From assembly GCA_030265395.1 (NCBI GenBank), contig JARFYF010000002.1, positions 37,064,247 to 37,128,246 on the forward strand: a DNA stretch of 64,000 bases, read 5' to 3'. The notes below the pieces were generated by a model that was given only the letters and a program-made list of their open reading frames with translations, did no database searches and was not told where the DNA came from. Below, in pieces: positions 1 through 13,330 of this stretch; positions within the stretch are counted from its first letter, which is position 1; each line of letters begins with the position of its first letter. The stretch is from Rhina ancylostomus (taxonomy: Eukaryota). The position numbers and the translations under genes are program-made.

Positions 1-19
1 TTATTTTGGCGAGCAGTTA

Positions 20-285
20 TGAGCCAGCTTGGGTTGCTGTGTGTCTGGGGTAACGCTCATGCCAGACCAAGCAAAGGTGGCAGATTTCCGTCCCTTAAGG
101 ACATTAGTGAACCAAGTGAATTTTTAAGACAATCCACTTAGATTCATGGCGGCCATTGATGATGCTATTTTTCTTCATTGCAGATTAATTTAATTGGATG
201 AATGTAAATTCCCAATTTGTCATGATGGCATTCAAACTGTGTCACTATTATCAGTCATCCAGTAGCAACCACAGTACTGCTAAGA
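20..285 (-). mobile_element. Decayed chondrichthyan SINE
   Basis: Contains cagaccaagcaaaggtggcagatttcc...aaggacattagtgaacca...aaattcccaatttgtcatgatggcattcaaac. A related decayed copy lies at about 36500-36780. Confidence 0.55.
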
Positions 286-1822
286 AGGAGAAATGCATTA
301 TCCAGGGAGCCAGCATCGTACCTTTAAATGTTCATGCCACTCTGTAAGGTGAGGTCCTTAAGTCCACACAATACATCAGTTTTGAATGCACTTCTGCTTT
401 ACTAGATCCTGCCATGTCAATGTGGCTTTGGGAGAGAAGCCCGTTTGTAGATAAATGTTTTGTACAGAGAGCACAATCAGTGCATCAGCATCAATAACTT
501 GAATTTATACAACACCTGCAAAATAGTAAAATAACCCATAATTCTTCATAAGAGGATATTCAAACAATATTTAATGCTGAGCCACATAAAAAGATAATTG
601 CATTAGTGAACAATAGAAGCATTGACTTATCTAGCCACAGACAGAGAGTGAGGGTTAATTACCCATCAGAGCAGAGATTTGAATTTGTTGACAGTTAATA
701 GCTGAGCAATCAGCTGTTCAAAAGGGACCACATGTAATTAATGGTGATTTGATTGACTTTGGATGATTAATAGTTCATACAATAAAAAAGACAGTCAGAA
801 TCTTTCATGATCTCCCTTCAACCCATCAAACTGTGCACCAATTTAATTTATTGCTGCTGCTAATTTAAACAATTAGCAACTGCAGTCTAGAACTTTGCAG
901 GTACAGTAGTTTTTTCAGGGCTGTCCTTATGATTTTTTTTCCCTGGAATGGAACTTGATTACAGTTGTGAAGACGTGATTATATGATTACAGTATTTTTC
1001 AAGTCAAATGTGACCAGTCACAACTCACATTTGTGCTGATGACGTGTGTTCCACATCAGATGACTTCATCACCTAATGACATCATTCCCCAAGCAAGGCC
1101 CCTTCAGAGCATTGCTGGGACATGTAGATCAAGTTTGTTTTAAAGTGCACCTGTTTTGATCACTCTCTGAACAATAAGGTTTTGATGGGATTGCTGGATC
1201 TGCAGCAGTGTGATTTAAAAGTGGCTTTCCTTAACAGGTCCCAGAGTGAAACTGCAATCTACTCAAGTTAGTTTCCCTTTAATATAATTGCTGACCTGCC
1301 TTGTGCTTCCACACTTTTCTCCTTCTACAGTAGCAATCCTCGCCTACCAGCATGTGACTCTCAGCCAACCTATCCTCTGGCCACTGATTTCCTAACCCAA
1401 ATCCCTTTCGTACTTGCATCCACCTCTACTGCTTCAGGCCCCCTATCAATGACAATCCATTATATAACCCCACAGACCTGCCAGGTCTCCGTTCTTATCT
1501 GCTGTTTTCTCTTGCATGATGTGCCTTTGCAGAGCATGCAAAAGAAAATGTTCAAGTGCCATTCAGTGGTCACCTGATTCCTTGGGCCTCGAGAGCTACT
1601 GAACTGTTGAACGGCAATCTCCTTGACTGAAGTAGAGATGCTGTGCGCACTCTGCAATGCTGTCAGACACCAAGATCATTTAGGATATTGGACAAATGTT
1701 AGCCAAGAAATTATTTGGCATGGAGAGTAGCATGTGATCTGCAAGGGACCATTATGACAAGATTATTCTGTGCACTAGACCCAGTCCATTCTGCACAAGA
1801 GAACACGCATTACATAATTGCG

Positions 1823-2185
1823 GATGAAAAACAGGATGATGTTGGAGGAACTCAGCAGGCCAGGCAGCATCCGTGGAGAAAAGCAGGCGGTCAACATTTT
1901 GTGTGAGGGCCCTTCTTCAGGACTGAAGACAGGAAAAGGGGAAGCCCAGGGAAAAGCAGGGCAGTGATAGGTGGACAAAAGAGGGGAGGTGGGGTGGGCA
2001 CAGGGTGGTGATAGATAGATACAGGTAAGAGATAGTGATAGGCAGGTGTGGGGGAGGAGGGGAGAGCAGATCCACCAGGAGATGGGTCAAAGGTAAGGAG
2101 AGAGAAGGGGAAAAAAAAGTAGAAAAAAAGAGGCTAGGAAAGGGAAGAAGAGAAAAAGCAAGGTGGGGGGAGGAATTACCTAAAA
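1823..2185 (-). mobile_element. Penelope-like element 3' end / terminal repeat
   Basis: The motif gatgaaaaac..gatg(c/t)tggaggaactcagcaggccaggcagcatccgtggagaaaa is shared with 30678 and, in part, 39281. A purine-rich UTR follows. The minus strand near 2165-2185 reads ...FSHFR*, resembling the C-terminus of a Penelope GIY-YIG ORF. Confidence 0.65.
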
Positions 2186-5100
2186 TGGGAGAACTGCGGC
2201 CCCGTTGCATCCCTTTGCTTTCTCCACTGTTTCAGAGGAAAAAGATAGGTCTCATTAGGGGAGGGGGAAGATTGTATATACGGTAAGAGCTTGAGGTGTA
2301 GAGATCATGGACATCATTTGTGGGGGACGGATGCAGAAGCTCTTTGGGCNNNNNNNNNNNNNNNNNNNNNNNNNNNNNNNNNNNNNNNNNNNNNNNNNNN
2401 NNNNNNNNNNNNNNNNNNNNNNNNNNNNNNNNNNNNNNNNNNNNNNNNNNNNNNNNNNNNNNNNNNNNNNNNNNNNNNNNNNNNNNNNNNNNNNNNNNNN
2501 NNNNNNNNNNNNNNNNNNNNNNNNNNNNNNNNNNNNNNNNNNNNNNNNNNNNNNNNNNNNNNNNNNNNNNNNNNNNNNNNNNNNNNNNNNNNNNNNNNNN
2601 NNNNNNNNNNNNNNNNNNNNNNNNNNNNNNNNNNNNNNNNNNNNNNNNNNNNNNNNNNNNNNNNNNNNNNNNNNNNNNNNNNNNNNNNNNNNNNNNNNNN
2701 NNNNNNNNNNNNNNNNNNNNNNNNNNNNNNNNNNNNNNNNNNNNNNNNNNNNNNNNNNNNNNNNNNNNNNNNNNNNNNNNNNNNNNNNNNNNNNNNNNNN
2801 NNNNNNNNNNNNNNNNNNNNNNNNNNNNNNNNNNNNNNNNNNNNNNNNNNNNNNNNNNNNNNNNNNNNNNNNNNNNNNNNNNNNNNNNNNNNNNNNNNNN
2901 NNNNNNNNNNNNNNNNNNNNNNNNNCACAATTGGAAACTACTGCATGTGCCAGGGCACTTCCTGTGTTAACCAGTTGTATGCGTGAGAGACTGGGAAGTA
3001 GAATGAAGACCTAAAGTCAATGTAATGTCCTTGATTTTGGTTAGCAATCAACTTTCCAATGAAATTGTGTTGTCTGATACACGTGAGTATTGTGCGACCT
3101 GATAGAATTTCAGCAATATTGTTTTCAACTATGCTTCAGTCATTTGAAGCATATACAGAATTATAGTCGAATTTTACCATTGAGAAACATATTTCATTTT
3201 AAGTGATAAGAATGACAAATTCAATTTAAAAATGCCGTTTCAAAGAGGTGTAGTTATGACTTCCATTGATCTTCATGCATAAACTGCTTTCTTTGATTTA
3301 GTTAGAATAAAAACAAATTCTACCTATGTATTTTGTTCACATGGGTTATTAAATCATATTTATTTAAAATGAGTTACTTCATTACAACTAATTTGTTCTC
3401 AGAATGAAAGAGGAAGGTAGTGGAATACTTCCATTTTTAGCTTTGTATTTTTCAACATTCCCTTAGAAATAGCAAAGGAAATGAATTGACTGAGTTTTAA
3501 TGTAGATTAAGTTGTGGAAGGCTGGCATTGCACAGCAGTCCACCAGTCTTGAATTCAAACTGGATTTGCAAAATGCTGTGCAATTTCAGCCTCTGTAGAT
3601 TGAGGCATTAATTAATTAAATTTAGATTTGTTAGTTATTTCAGTTTTCAGGTAGAACCGCAAAACTGGTGATTAGGAATATTTTAATTATTGTGTTACAT
3701 CATATTATTTGTATGAAACTGAGTCACAAAAAAACAGGCTTTAGTAACAAATTTTGAACAAATTTGATCCCAGTTTTGTTTCAAGAATTTCTTTAGGTAG
3801 ACCCACAGGAAGTGCACCACACAGGAAACTGTGTTTACAGCAAAAGGATCTCAGAAAGATATAGTGTGCAGTCCAGGCAATTCTGCAATTTTCTTCACAT
3901 AGATTTAGGGATAAAGAAACTTCACAGAGACAAATTATTGGAGGCTACATGTAGACAACTGATTGCTTCTCTAAGAAGGTTGAGTGGTTGCAGTGGGTTA
4001 CATTGTATCTAGAGAAACGACGGAAAACATGGACATGAGCAAGTGTCCATTTCTCTTTATGCCCTTTATCCAGATGGGGAATTCAAGCTATTTTTTTTGT
4101 GGGCCTCCTTTAATTTTATCCATCATCATTCTCATCTGCTTCACAAGAAAGGTCCATTGTAATGTTGGAGCTGGGGATGTCCCTTTTGTTTCTGAGCTCT
4201 GAAAAGGTAAACGTTCAAGTTCTCCAACGCTGTTGGCAAGTATTTAGCACAAAAGTAACCATTAACTTTTTTCCTTCTAATTAAAAGATATTGGTGGAAA
4301 TTTATAATAATCCCCTAGACTGGCTTGATAAGTATTTGTTTATACATTAACACTACCATTATATGCTGTCGCCTTTTCTTTCTTCTGCTCTGTAAAAATG
4401 ACAGCATCACAAATGCTGCCATAAAAGGAGACGTGGTTGGTGTGGGATTCCATATTCCCTTTGCAGGTTAATTAACCACAATTACCAGTGCCCTGAAATA
4501 GCAAACATTTGACTTTTTGAGGGTAGGGTGGAGTTTGGGGACAAGTGAGAGCCCGGCTTCTGACTTATCTGTTCATGAGAATAGAATCAATCCTGACACA
4601 CCACCCTCCACCCCCAAGCTGACCATTACACATTTCAGCACTGTTAATTCACTTGAATAATTGATTCAGCAAATTGTCAGCTTAAATTGGAAAAGAGAAG
4701 GTTATAGTTTAAAATACAGTTCATGAGGAACAGCAAAAAAAAGGAATTAACCCCATAGTATATCTTTGTTTATGTTGTTTTTATTTACAAAAGAATGACA
4801 ATGGAGATCAAGGGTCTGTATTTCACATTAAATATGTGTGGACTAAATGAAGTCACAGACAGCAACACTTGGTCTGCAGTAATCAATCAGACACTTAAGT
4901 ATTCTGTTGTGGTATGCAGAGGAAAGTTGCAAAGGAATTGCATTAAACTATTCATGACTAGTCTAAAATATTTATACACCTTGTGGTATCTGTTTGTTTG
5001 TTTGTTATTGTTGATATCTTGTAATAGAGTTTTGGATTAGACCTATCCAGATGCTTTCTGACATAAAGGGCTTGATATTTCTTCTCACCCAACATTCTGA

Positions 5101-5894
5101 AGAGAAAATGACCAAGAACAATCTGTTCCGATTCATCAGGCCATGCAGTAGCTCACTGCACTGTGAATATGTCAGTTTGATTTACATAGGTGATCAGCTC
5201 CTGATGTTGTGAGTAGTTAATCCTGAATTATGATTTGGGATTTAAGGGATGCTAGTGTGCTGCTGTTGAACCTTTGTGGGGCCAAACAAGTTAGAAATCT
5301 TTCGCATGCATAATTGGAAAGTTCTTTGGTCAAGAATATCTGTAAGAAAGTTCAGTGCTCTCAGGCTTATAGGTAAAGCTGTGGATGTGAACAAATCAAA
5401 GCAAATAGAGAAATAGGGCCTCCCAGGAGGGAGTGGTGAGAAGCCCGAGGGAGGTAGAAAATGTTGGGATGATAAATGTAAATGGCTGTCTGTCTCTACT
5501 TCCTTGGGGTGGAAGTTCATTTACATATATCCCAGTGACTTAGAGAATAAGTCAGAGTGTAGTGCATTGGGTGGTGCAATAATAGTGAGCAGGGGGTGGA
5601 ACATACTGTTCTCTGAAATAACAGCAGCGTTGAAGAGTCCGGAATCTATAACTCGTGCATTTAAAGGAGGATAAATCAGGTACCGGAGAATGTGTCCTGG
5701 GGGTATCGTTGACTATCTGCATATTTGGCACTGTATAGCTTCATTGCACTGTGATTAAGTGCAGGGCTGTGTGAGAGAGAGTGTCCACAATAGACCCAAA
5801 GGCCGGTGCTCAGCTTGTTGCCATGTTAGAGAGGGATGCTTCATCTGACGTCTAAATTATTGTACCTGATTTGCGCACAGATGTTTCACTCAAC

Positions 5895-6245
5895 TTTTTT
5901 GTTCATTTGAGGGATGTGGGCTTCACAGGCTGAGCCAGCATTTAATTGGCCATCCCTAGTTGCTCTTGAGAAGGTGGTAGTGAGCTGCTTTCTTGAATCA
6001 CTGCAGTCCTTGAGATGTAGGTACACCCATTATGCTGTTAGGGAGGAAGTTCTAGGATTTTGACTCCATGATGGTGAAGGAACGGGGATATATTTCTAAG
6101 TCAGGATGATGTATGGCCTTGAGGGCAACTTCCACGTGATCGTATTCCTGTGCTTTTGCTGCCCTTGCGCTTCTAGTTGGTAGAGGCTGTGGGTTTGGAA
6201 GGCCGTCTAGGGAAGCTTGGTGAGTTGCTGCAGTGAATCCTGGAG
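5895..6245 (-). mobile_element. 3' fragment of a non-LTR retrotransposon (L2/CR1-group, common in sharks and rays)
   Basis: Contains gatgtgggc...gccagcatttaattggccatccctagttgctcttgagaaggtggtagtgagctgc, and a minus-strand peptide HHPDLEIYPRSFT. A more decayed copy lies at about 16660-17170. Confidence 0.6.
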
Positions 6246-6679
6246 ATGTTCGCTCATTGGAACTATCGGTTCCCAAAAGCAGAGGTCATTCAGGGAAGGT
6301 GTCCAGTATGAATGGCTTGACAGAAGTGTGTCAGCTCATGCTGTTCACCACCATAGCTAATTATTTGCAAGTTCTCTAGTTCATACAGTTGAAGGGTCAC
6401 AGGTAAAGAGAGCTGTGCAAGAAGTGAAGCCTACAGCAGGTCCATGCCTAGATTTATTTACAATAGGAAAAAGAGCAACTGAGACTAGGTCTGCTCTGGA
6501 GAATGTTAGAACTAACACTTTTTTGTTCCTACCACTGAGATAGCACCTAGAAGAAATGTGAGACTGGCTTCTGGGACATTATCCCAAGTGGACTGGAACT
6601 GAAGGGAAATAATATTTTAAATCTGCAGTGCTGGTTTAAATTAAAGGTCTTCAGAAAAAAGTTATGTGATGTAATATCT

Positions 6680-6840
6680 CATTCAGAACATCCCAAGGCA
6701 CCTTCTAACCAATGATATACTTTTCAGGTGTACTTACTCACCACTCTAATCGAGGAAATGAATCTATAAATGACAGGAAGTTATAGACAGGATCTTTTGT
6801 GCAGGGCAAGATACAGTAGCCAAGGGAAGACCTTTCTTAT
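6680..6840 (-). mobile_element. Old SINE remnant (DeuSINE/SacSINE1-like tail)
   Basis: aacatcccaaggcacc...ccaatgatatacttttcaggtgta resembles the copies at 32050 (same orientation) and 49440 (opposite orientation). Confidence 0.35.
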
Positions 6841-9800
6841 ATCAAATTGACAGGAATAGCTCTTGAAGGTCACAGCTTGTCTAAATGCACTCTCTTCAAA
6901 CCGCCACAGTTCTCACTGCCCAAGAGAGGATTTGTTCCTAGGGTGTCTCACTGTTCAGCAAAATTGTACACCATGTTGTGTGCAACCATGATCTCTATTG
7001 CTCCTGTTGAACTGTGCTGCAGGAGATTTCCAGACTAATGCAGGCACCTGAAGTGCAGTTTTCTTTACAGTTATACAAAATGTTGAGAAACTGAACTATA
7101 CACAGAAAAAGCTGAAAATTAGGCATCGTTTGTGGAAAGAGAAACTGAGTTAATGATTCTGGTCCATGCATTTTCAGCAATGATAAACTGAGCTGGCTCT
7201 GTGAATTACCTTAAAGTTGAGGAATAATGGTGGTTTCATGGAAGTCCACTTACACTAGATGATGGTGAGCTTTGAGAACGTGATACCTCTGGCGCATCTG
7301 TCTACTGGCGTAGAACACCATCACTCTGCCAGTACAGTTGATGGTTTCTCAGTGAATGGAGTTCCTGCCATTCAATAAAACTTAACAGTCCTGTCATTTT
7401 TGGTGTTGAATTCCCACATTGAAGTTAATAAAATTGCCATTGCAAGTCCTACATGTGTGAGTTGTTTGATATATTTGAGTAAAGTTGCACATTTCTCCAG
7501 TGAAGCAATGGTAGAGAGGTGAACGAAACTGACAACCTTAATATTTTGATGCCCTCCTTTGTAAAGCTAAGTCTTTTTTGTACTGCTGCTTGGTCAGATA
7601 AGGTAGTAGTACCTCTATGTAATTTGGCGAGTAGGTATCGATTGTTTTGGTGTAATGTCATGATATGTCCTTCACCCTTCACTCTACCTTCTCTTTATAC
7701 ATTCTAGCTAAATAACATCATCAAAGCTCCTCTGATTACCTGGTTGAGATAAGTGGGCAAAATTTCAAAATCTCCACCAACAGCTCTCCATGTACAAAGG
7801 TGACATATTCTGAATAGGCCTGTCATAAAATGATGACCTTTCATATTGATTTTAAAAATGGCAGTCAGCTTTCATTCATATCACTCTTCAAAATATCCAG
7901 TTCCATAAATTTAAACTATTTTGTGTCACATCTCCCCTCTGACTTCCCTGAGGCAAAAAGAAAGATGATTTTCCTTCTCCGTCTTTCAAAGACGCACCAA
8001 CCTTTTCTGTAAGCTTAGCTTCTCAATTCTTTAAGGGTTAGGCATTTGATTGGATTTAATTTGACTGCCTTAAAGTGTGTGAACAAGCCAAAATTACATG
8101 GCTTCATTGGAGAAAAATAAATAAATCTTCAACACTGCAATGGTGATCTGCAGTACCCATCAGATCAGTACTGCCTACCATTTATAAAACAAGTTTGCAA
8201 AATCCCTAAAGGAACTTCTTCTAAATGCACACCCATTCTTTTTTTTTATCAAAAGCAAAAGACATAGAATAGTAACAATTCAGCTCATTCAGCCCCACAC
8301 AATAAAAGCCAAGGTAGATCAGATATGGGATGGTCTGTTTTTTAAATATATAATTGCATATTTGGATTAATGCCAATTGCACAAGTCAGATTTTAAAGGA
8401 GAAAATTAAACCCCTTTCAGACCATTGACCAGAGATTAGTTCCACACAGCGACTGAAGAGCGGCTTGCCAGCATAGCCCATCGAACACTCTTGTGTTTCG
8501 CAGAGACTGCACACATTATTTTCTTTCAGTTACCAAAAAGTCAATTTGGAAAAAAAAACTAGCACAGTTTTCTTTTTATAGTAAATTGTAGAGGGGGTGT
8601 GAGGCAGGGGATAGGTGGTGAAAGGCAGTGATTTGAAACTCTCTGCATAGTTGGCAAAGTTCCAAGATTTAATCCATATTCCCTACCTTCAAAGGCCCCA
8701 TCTAGACTCCCAAATCAGTTTTTTATATCTGTAACTTTTCCCATTCTCTTCACCAAATAAAGTCAATATGTGAAAGAGAGAATTTAACAGGATTATTTTT
8801 GTACATTCAAGGTCAAAGTGATTCATTTTTCTAACATGTATCCTACAAAGTGGTGCTCAGTCACTTCAATTAATTTTACTTCTGGAGTACCCATCCAGTC
8901 TTGCTTTGATCTAAAGTAAGTAATCATGCATGTGCAAATTGGTCAAAGTTCATGATGGCCATTATAAATTACAATACTGTTTGGGGGGGGGGGAGAAAGG
9001 TTTCTTAAAAGCATTTCTTTACAAAAATATCTGTTACATGATCTCCTGCTCATAAAGCCTTTATAGAATTTATTAAACTTGTTGCTAGTGAATTGGGGGA
9101 GGGTGGTGAAGACAAAGTGGGTGCCACCATGTTTCTGTTAGCTTGTCAACTTGCCAGCTGTGCTGTGTTTCTCAGTTGTATTTTAAAAGCAACAAAAGGA
9201 GTGAATAATGAATTGTGTAGAATGTTATATTCTAGTAGCCTGTCATTGCCACAATTGAAATCATTAAAAAGGCAAAGTTCTCCACAGAAATTTAAAAATC
9301 GAAAGCTCAGCCTATTCTCTCTGTGATTGGCCAGTGTTGTTACTTGGCAACAGAGGACCATTCAGTCATTAATGAATGTAAAGGCACATATTGGTGGCAA
9401 ATAATATTCCAGTATTCATTTTGGGCACCTGATGAAGTGCAGTGGATGAGCAGTGTTTTGATCAGTGTGTCAAGAGCAATGACTTTATCTTGTCATAAAA
9501 ACAGTTGCTATTATTTTGTACTATGCATTGAAACCAAACTCATCTTTAAATCAAATGCACTGAAGCACTTTTGGGTTGTGTGATAAAAAGAACATTGCCC
9601 GTCATTATCTCCTGCACCAACCATTGATGAATCAGGAAATGAAGTCTTGTTAAATATGGACTTGAACCTGGCATGCAAATATCAAGTGTTTCAGATATTT
9701 ATCTGAAGACAATCTGGTGTCTTTCAAAGGGACGTAATCCATCTCAAAGCTTAGTCAATATTATTTACTTTATTGGTGAGTTGTTATGTGATAAAAATTG

Positions 9801-9974
9801 TATTTTACCTGAATGTTTATACTTGTGTATTTGTTTTCAGCATGTTTTTGACACTGCCAAGGTCAGATTTATTATCCATCCCTCGTTATTCTGAGAATTT
9901 GGTTAATCACCTCAGAAATTTGGGAAGGTCAGTAGAGAGAGAGCCCATTCACTAGCTCCAAGAAAGAGCTATTC

Positions 9975-10305
9975 AGGTCAGGTGTAATATGGTGCTGCCT
10001 CACAGCTCCAGCAAGCTAAGTTTGATCCTGACCTCAGTTGCTGTCTGTGTTGAGTTTAGACATTCTCCCTATGTCTGCATATATTTCTGCTGGCACTCTG
10101 GTTTCCTTCCACAGACCAAAGACGTGCTGACAGATTAATTGACTACTGCAAATTCACGTGGTGTAGGCGGGCAACAGGAGTGGGAATGAGTTGATTGGCA
10201 TGAGATAGAAAATAGGTTGTAGAGGAATAATTGGAGGCAGGAATTGTATCCTGGGAACTGGCATGGACTCAGCAGGCTGAATGGCTTCCTTCTGTATTGT
10301 GAGAT
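9975..10305 (+). mobile_element. tRNA-derived V-SINE (HE1-like) with CR1-type tail
   Basis: Head gctgcctcacagctccag...tttgatcctgacc, V-domain tgtctgtgttgagttt...ttctcc...ctctggtttccttccaca..ccaaagacgtgc, and tail ggctgaatggcttccttctgtattgt. Confidence 0.7.
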
Positions 10306-12789
10306 AATATGGGTTCCACTCCCCATAACCCTTTCTGCATCACCCTGCAAATGTTTCCCCTTCAAATGTTTATCTAGTTCCTGTTTGAAAACTATTATTA
10401 TATGAGCTTTAATCTAGCACCTTCAGATCATAACAAATCACTGGTAGTATTTTCCCTCATACCATCTCTTGTTCTTTTGCCAGTTATCTTACTTCTAGGT
10501 CTTCCTAACTAGAAATAGTTCCTCATTGAATAAATCTTTCAATACCAATCAAGATTTTGAATGGTTTCCCTTAATCTTTTCTGCTTCCATTCCCAAACCT
10601 AGAAATTGGATCAAACATCACCATTTTTGGGCACTATATTGCCCAGTTTTGACTTTAACCAAAACTAATTCACAGTGAAGATCATTTCTGAGTGAAAGCG
10701 AGCTAGATGCAAAATTGAAGCAGGCCCTCCCATCCCATGTACTATTCACATTGGCATTGTTCATCAAATTACATCCCTCCTTGCATAAACTGCACGGTTG
10801 CCCATATCAAAATAAGTTGTAGTAGAAAGCACCACACTACAACAGTTATGGAATAATCTCAGTAGAACTGGAACCATGTTCCCATGTCTATTGCCTTTCT
10901 TGAGATACCTGACTGGACACCTTCAGAAGTGACTACAGGCGCCTCAAACACCTGCTGTAACTCAATAAAGTAAAACTGTTCATCTGTCATGCTCAGGACT
11001 TTGGTACTGAACTGGTAGATTTTCCAGACAATTGGTCGTCATTCCTATTAATACCCCTGTCCACTTTTAATTTACTTTTTTTGATGTTACACAGCAGTGT
11101 AACAACTTTTCCTGCAAACCTGGTGAGTTTAAAGGAAGAGAGTGAGAAACATCACCTGGTGAACCAGATGCCAAATCACTGGGATTGCCAGATATTCAGA
11201 TAGCTGATTGTCAGAATTTTACTGTGGTTTGCTAGCCTGCTTTAGTGGGGATTAGGGTTAATCACATTGTATGGGTCTAAAGACTCAAGAGCAGCACCAA
11301 GAAGTGATTATTGGATCTCTGTCCTGACCTTTATTAACAAATCCATTNNNNNNNNNNNNNNNNNNNNNNNNNNNNNNNNNNNNNNNNNNNNNNNNNNNNN
11401 NNNNNNNNNNNNNNNNNNNNNNNNNNNNNNNNNNNNNNNNNNNNNNNNNNNNNNNNNNNNNNNNNNNNNNNNNNNNNNNNNNNNNNNNNNNNNNNNNNNN
11501 NNNNNNNNNNNNNNNNNNNNNNNNNNNNNNNNNNNNNNNNNNNNNNNNNNNNNNNNNNNNNNNNNNNNNNNNNNNNNNNNNNNNNNNNNNNNNNNNNNNN
11601 NNNNNNNNNNNNNNNNNNNNNNNNNNNNNNNNNNNNNNNNNNNNNNNNNNNNNNNNNNNNNNNNNNNNNNNNNNNNNNNNNNNNNNNNNNNNNNNNNNNN
11701 NNNNNNNNNNNNNNNNNNNNNNNNNNNNNNNNNNNNNNNNNNNNNNNNNNNNNNNNNNNNNNNNNNNCATGGTAGTATTTGTGTTCTCATAACATTGTGA
11801 TGCATGACTTTATTGACTTCAGGAGGAATTAAGTAGACCCCTTGCAATGAACACAGAAATTGTTATATTCCTGGACTGGGTTTCTTGCATCTACACAGTG
11901 GATCTGTCAGTACTATAAAAGCATTTTACATGTTTTGCATGGGACTGGTAACCAAGTACTCAGTTAATCAGCACAGAGGGATACTTTCATAATGAATTTA
12001 AGTTTGATTTTTGTTTTTCTGTGGGGGAGCCCAGTCTTAGAAAAGATACAAGGGGTCTATTTTACAAATACTTCTTGGAGGTGAGGCACCTTGCCAGAAA
12101 TTTCTTGCTCTGACTATAGCCTCTAAAGAGCACTGTATACACAGATTGAAAATGTAAAGTTATATTTTGCACAAATTGTTAGCTGTTCTCTTTCTTCTAC
12201 ACCCCTCCACACCACCCCCCCCGCCAAACCTCACCAAAGCAAATTATAAGCACAGTTTTAACAGTCGTAAAGTACTACATTTGTGTGATTGTTTCTAACT
12301 TCAAAGGTGGAGTGACGTAAATAGAAATTTAATTTTCTTTCCTTCATAAATCCATGCCAGCAGCATATCGCTATCTTATAATTCCACTTTTGTAAAAGAG
12401 TATTGTATAAAATATAAAGATAGTGGGCTAGAAATTTGACTTTAGTGACATATGCCAAACTTACATATATATATACTGTATTAATGGCTGCAGGATTGTA
12501 CTTCACATCTGAAACTCAAGTGCTGAGGAACTCCAAATCTATTATTATTCCAGAAGAAAGGTTATCACAGCTGGACTGTAAAAGACAGAATTTGAATGAT
12601 TAGTTAGATCACGCATTTTATGCTGACAGAGTTTCAGCAAACTGCTGTGTAATTCTGGGTTTGCCTAAATTGAAGACTTGTCAGTGGTAACTGGTGCAAG
12701 TGAATTTTGGGGGGAGGGGGTGAAATTGGAACTGTCTGGTAACTGAAAACTTCATATTTTAACTGTTTAATCCCCCTAATGTTATAATT

Positions 12790-13075
12790 GTGTGACTGCT
12801 TCCATCTCTACAGACTCCTCTAAAATCTCATCTTTTCTGATACATTCAAACTTTTTTTCACCCCACCATTGGCAGCTGAGTCTTCCCACACTGTACAACT
12901 CCTTTCCTTAATCCCTCTTCTCTCTTCATTTAAAATCCTCCTCCAAATTCACTTCTTTGATCAAGCTTATCACCTTGCCTTCCAATATCTCTTTTAACCT
13001 GAGATTTTTTTTGATTATTTCTTTATAAACATCTTTAGTTTCCATAAAAGGCACTGTTTAAATGAAACTGGTAAC
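12790..13075 (+). mobile_element. Decayed L2-like LINE 3' end
   Basis: Contains caccattggcagctg...catttaaaatcctcctccaaattcacttctttgatcaagctt...aaaaggcactgtttaaatgaaac. A similar copy lies at 50850-51135. Confidence 0.45.
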
Positions 13076-13185
13076 AGTAGTGAGGACCATTGTTCTTCCT
13101 TTAATAAACATGTTGATTATTTAGTCACCCATTTTAATATCTCTAAATGGCTCAGTGAAATGCCTTGAAATGTTTTTGCCATTTC

Positions 13186-13230
13186 TTATGGACAATATAA
13201 CAATGTTATATTGTCCATAATATAACATTG
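13186..13230. repeat. Perfect 17-bp inverted repeat with 1-nt spacer plus a third partial copy
   Basis: ttatggacaatataaca-a-tgttatattgtccataa, followed by tataacattg. Confidence 0.9.
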
Positions 13231-13236
13231 CCAAAG

Positions 13237-13330
13237 TTCTGGCAAAGGGTCTTGGACCTGAAGTATTAACTTTTTTTCTCTTTCCACAGGTGCTGGTTGA
13301 GTGTTTCCTGCATTTTCTATTTTATTTATT
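13237..13330 (+). mobile_element. Older Penelope-like terminal-repeat remnant
   Basis: ttctggcaaagggtcttggacctgaagtattaact...tctctttccacaggtgctg...tgagtgtttcc..cattttct. Same family as 15290, 35570 and 48590. Confidence 0.5.

Noticed and set aside
1917-2286. Lys/Glu/Gly-rich and Pro/Ser/Leu-rich ORFs
   Set aside because: They are by-products of the purine-rich UTR of the Penelope-like element.
2270-2349. Minus-strand peptide TNDVHDLYTS resembling the Penelope RT motif MDVxSLYT
   Set aside because: The match is too short, the context does not extend it, and the position is wrong relative to the ORF end.
2232-3014. Long ORFs of 200-430 aa here and at 11267, 21142, 30586, 36092, 39265, 41071, 55481 and 60386
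   Set aside because: They are runs of X caused by N gaps, not coding sequence.
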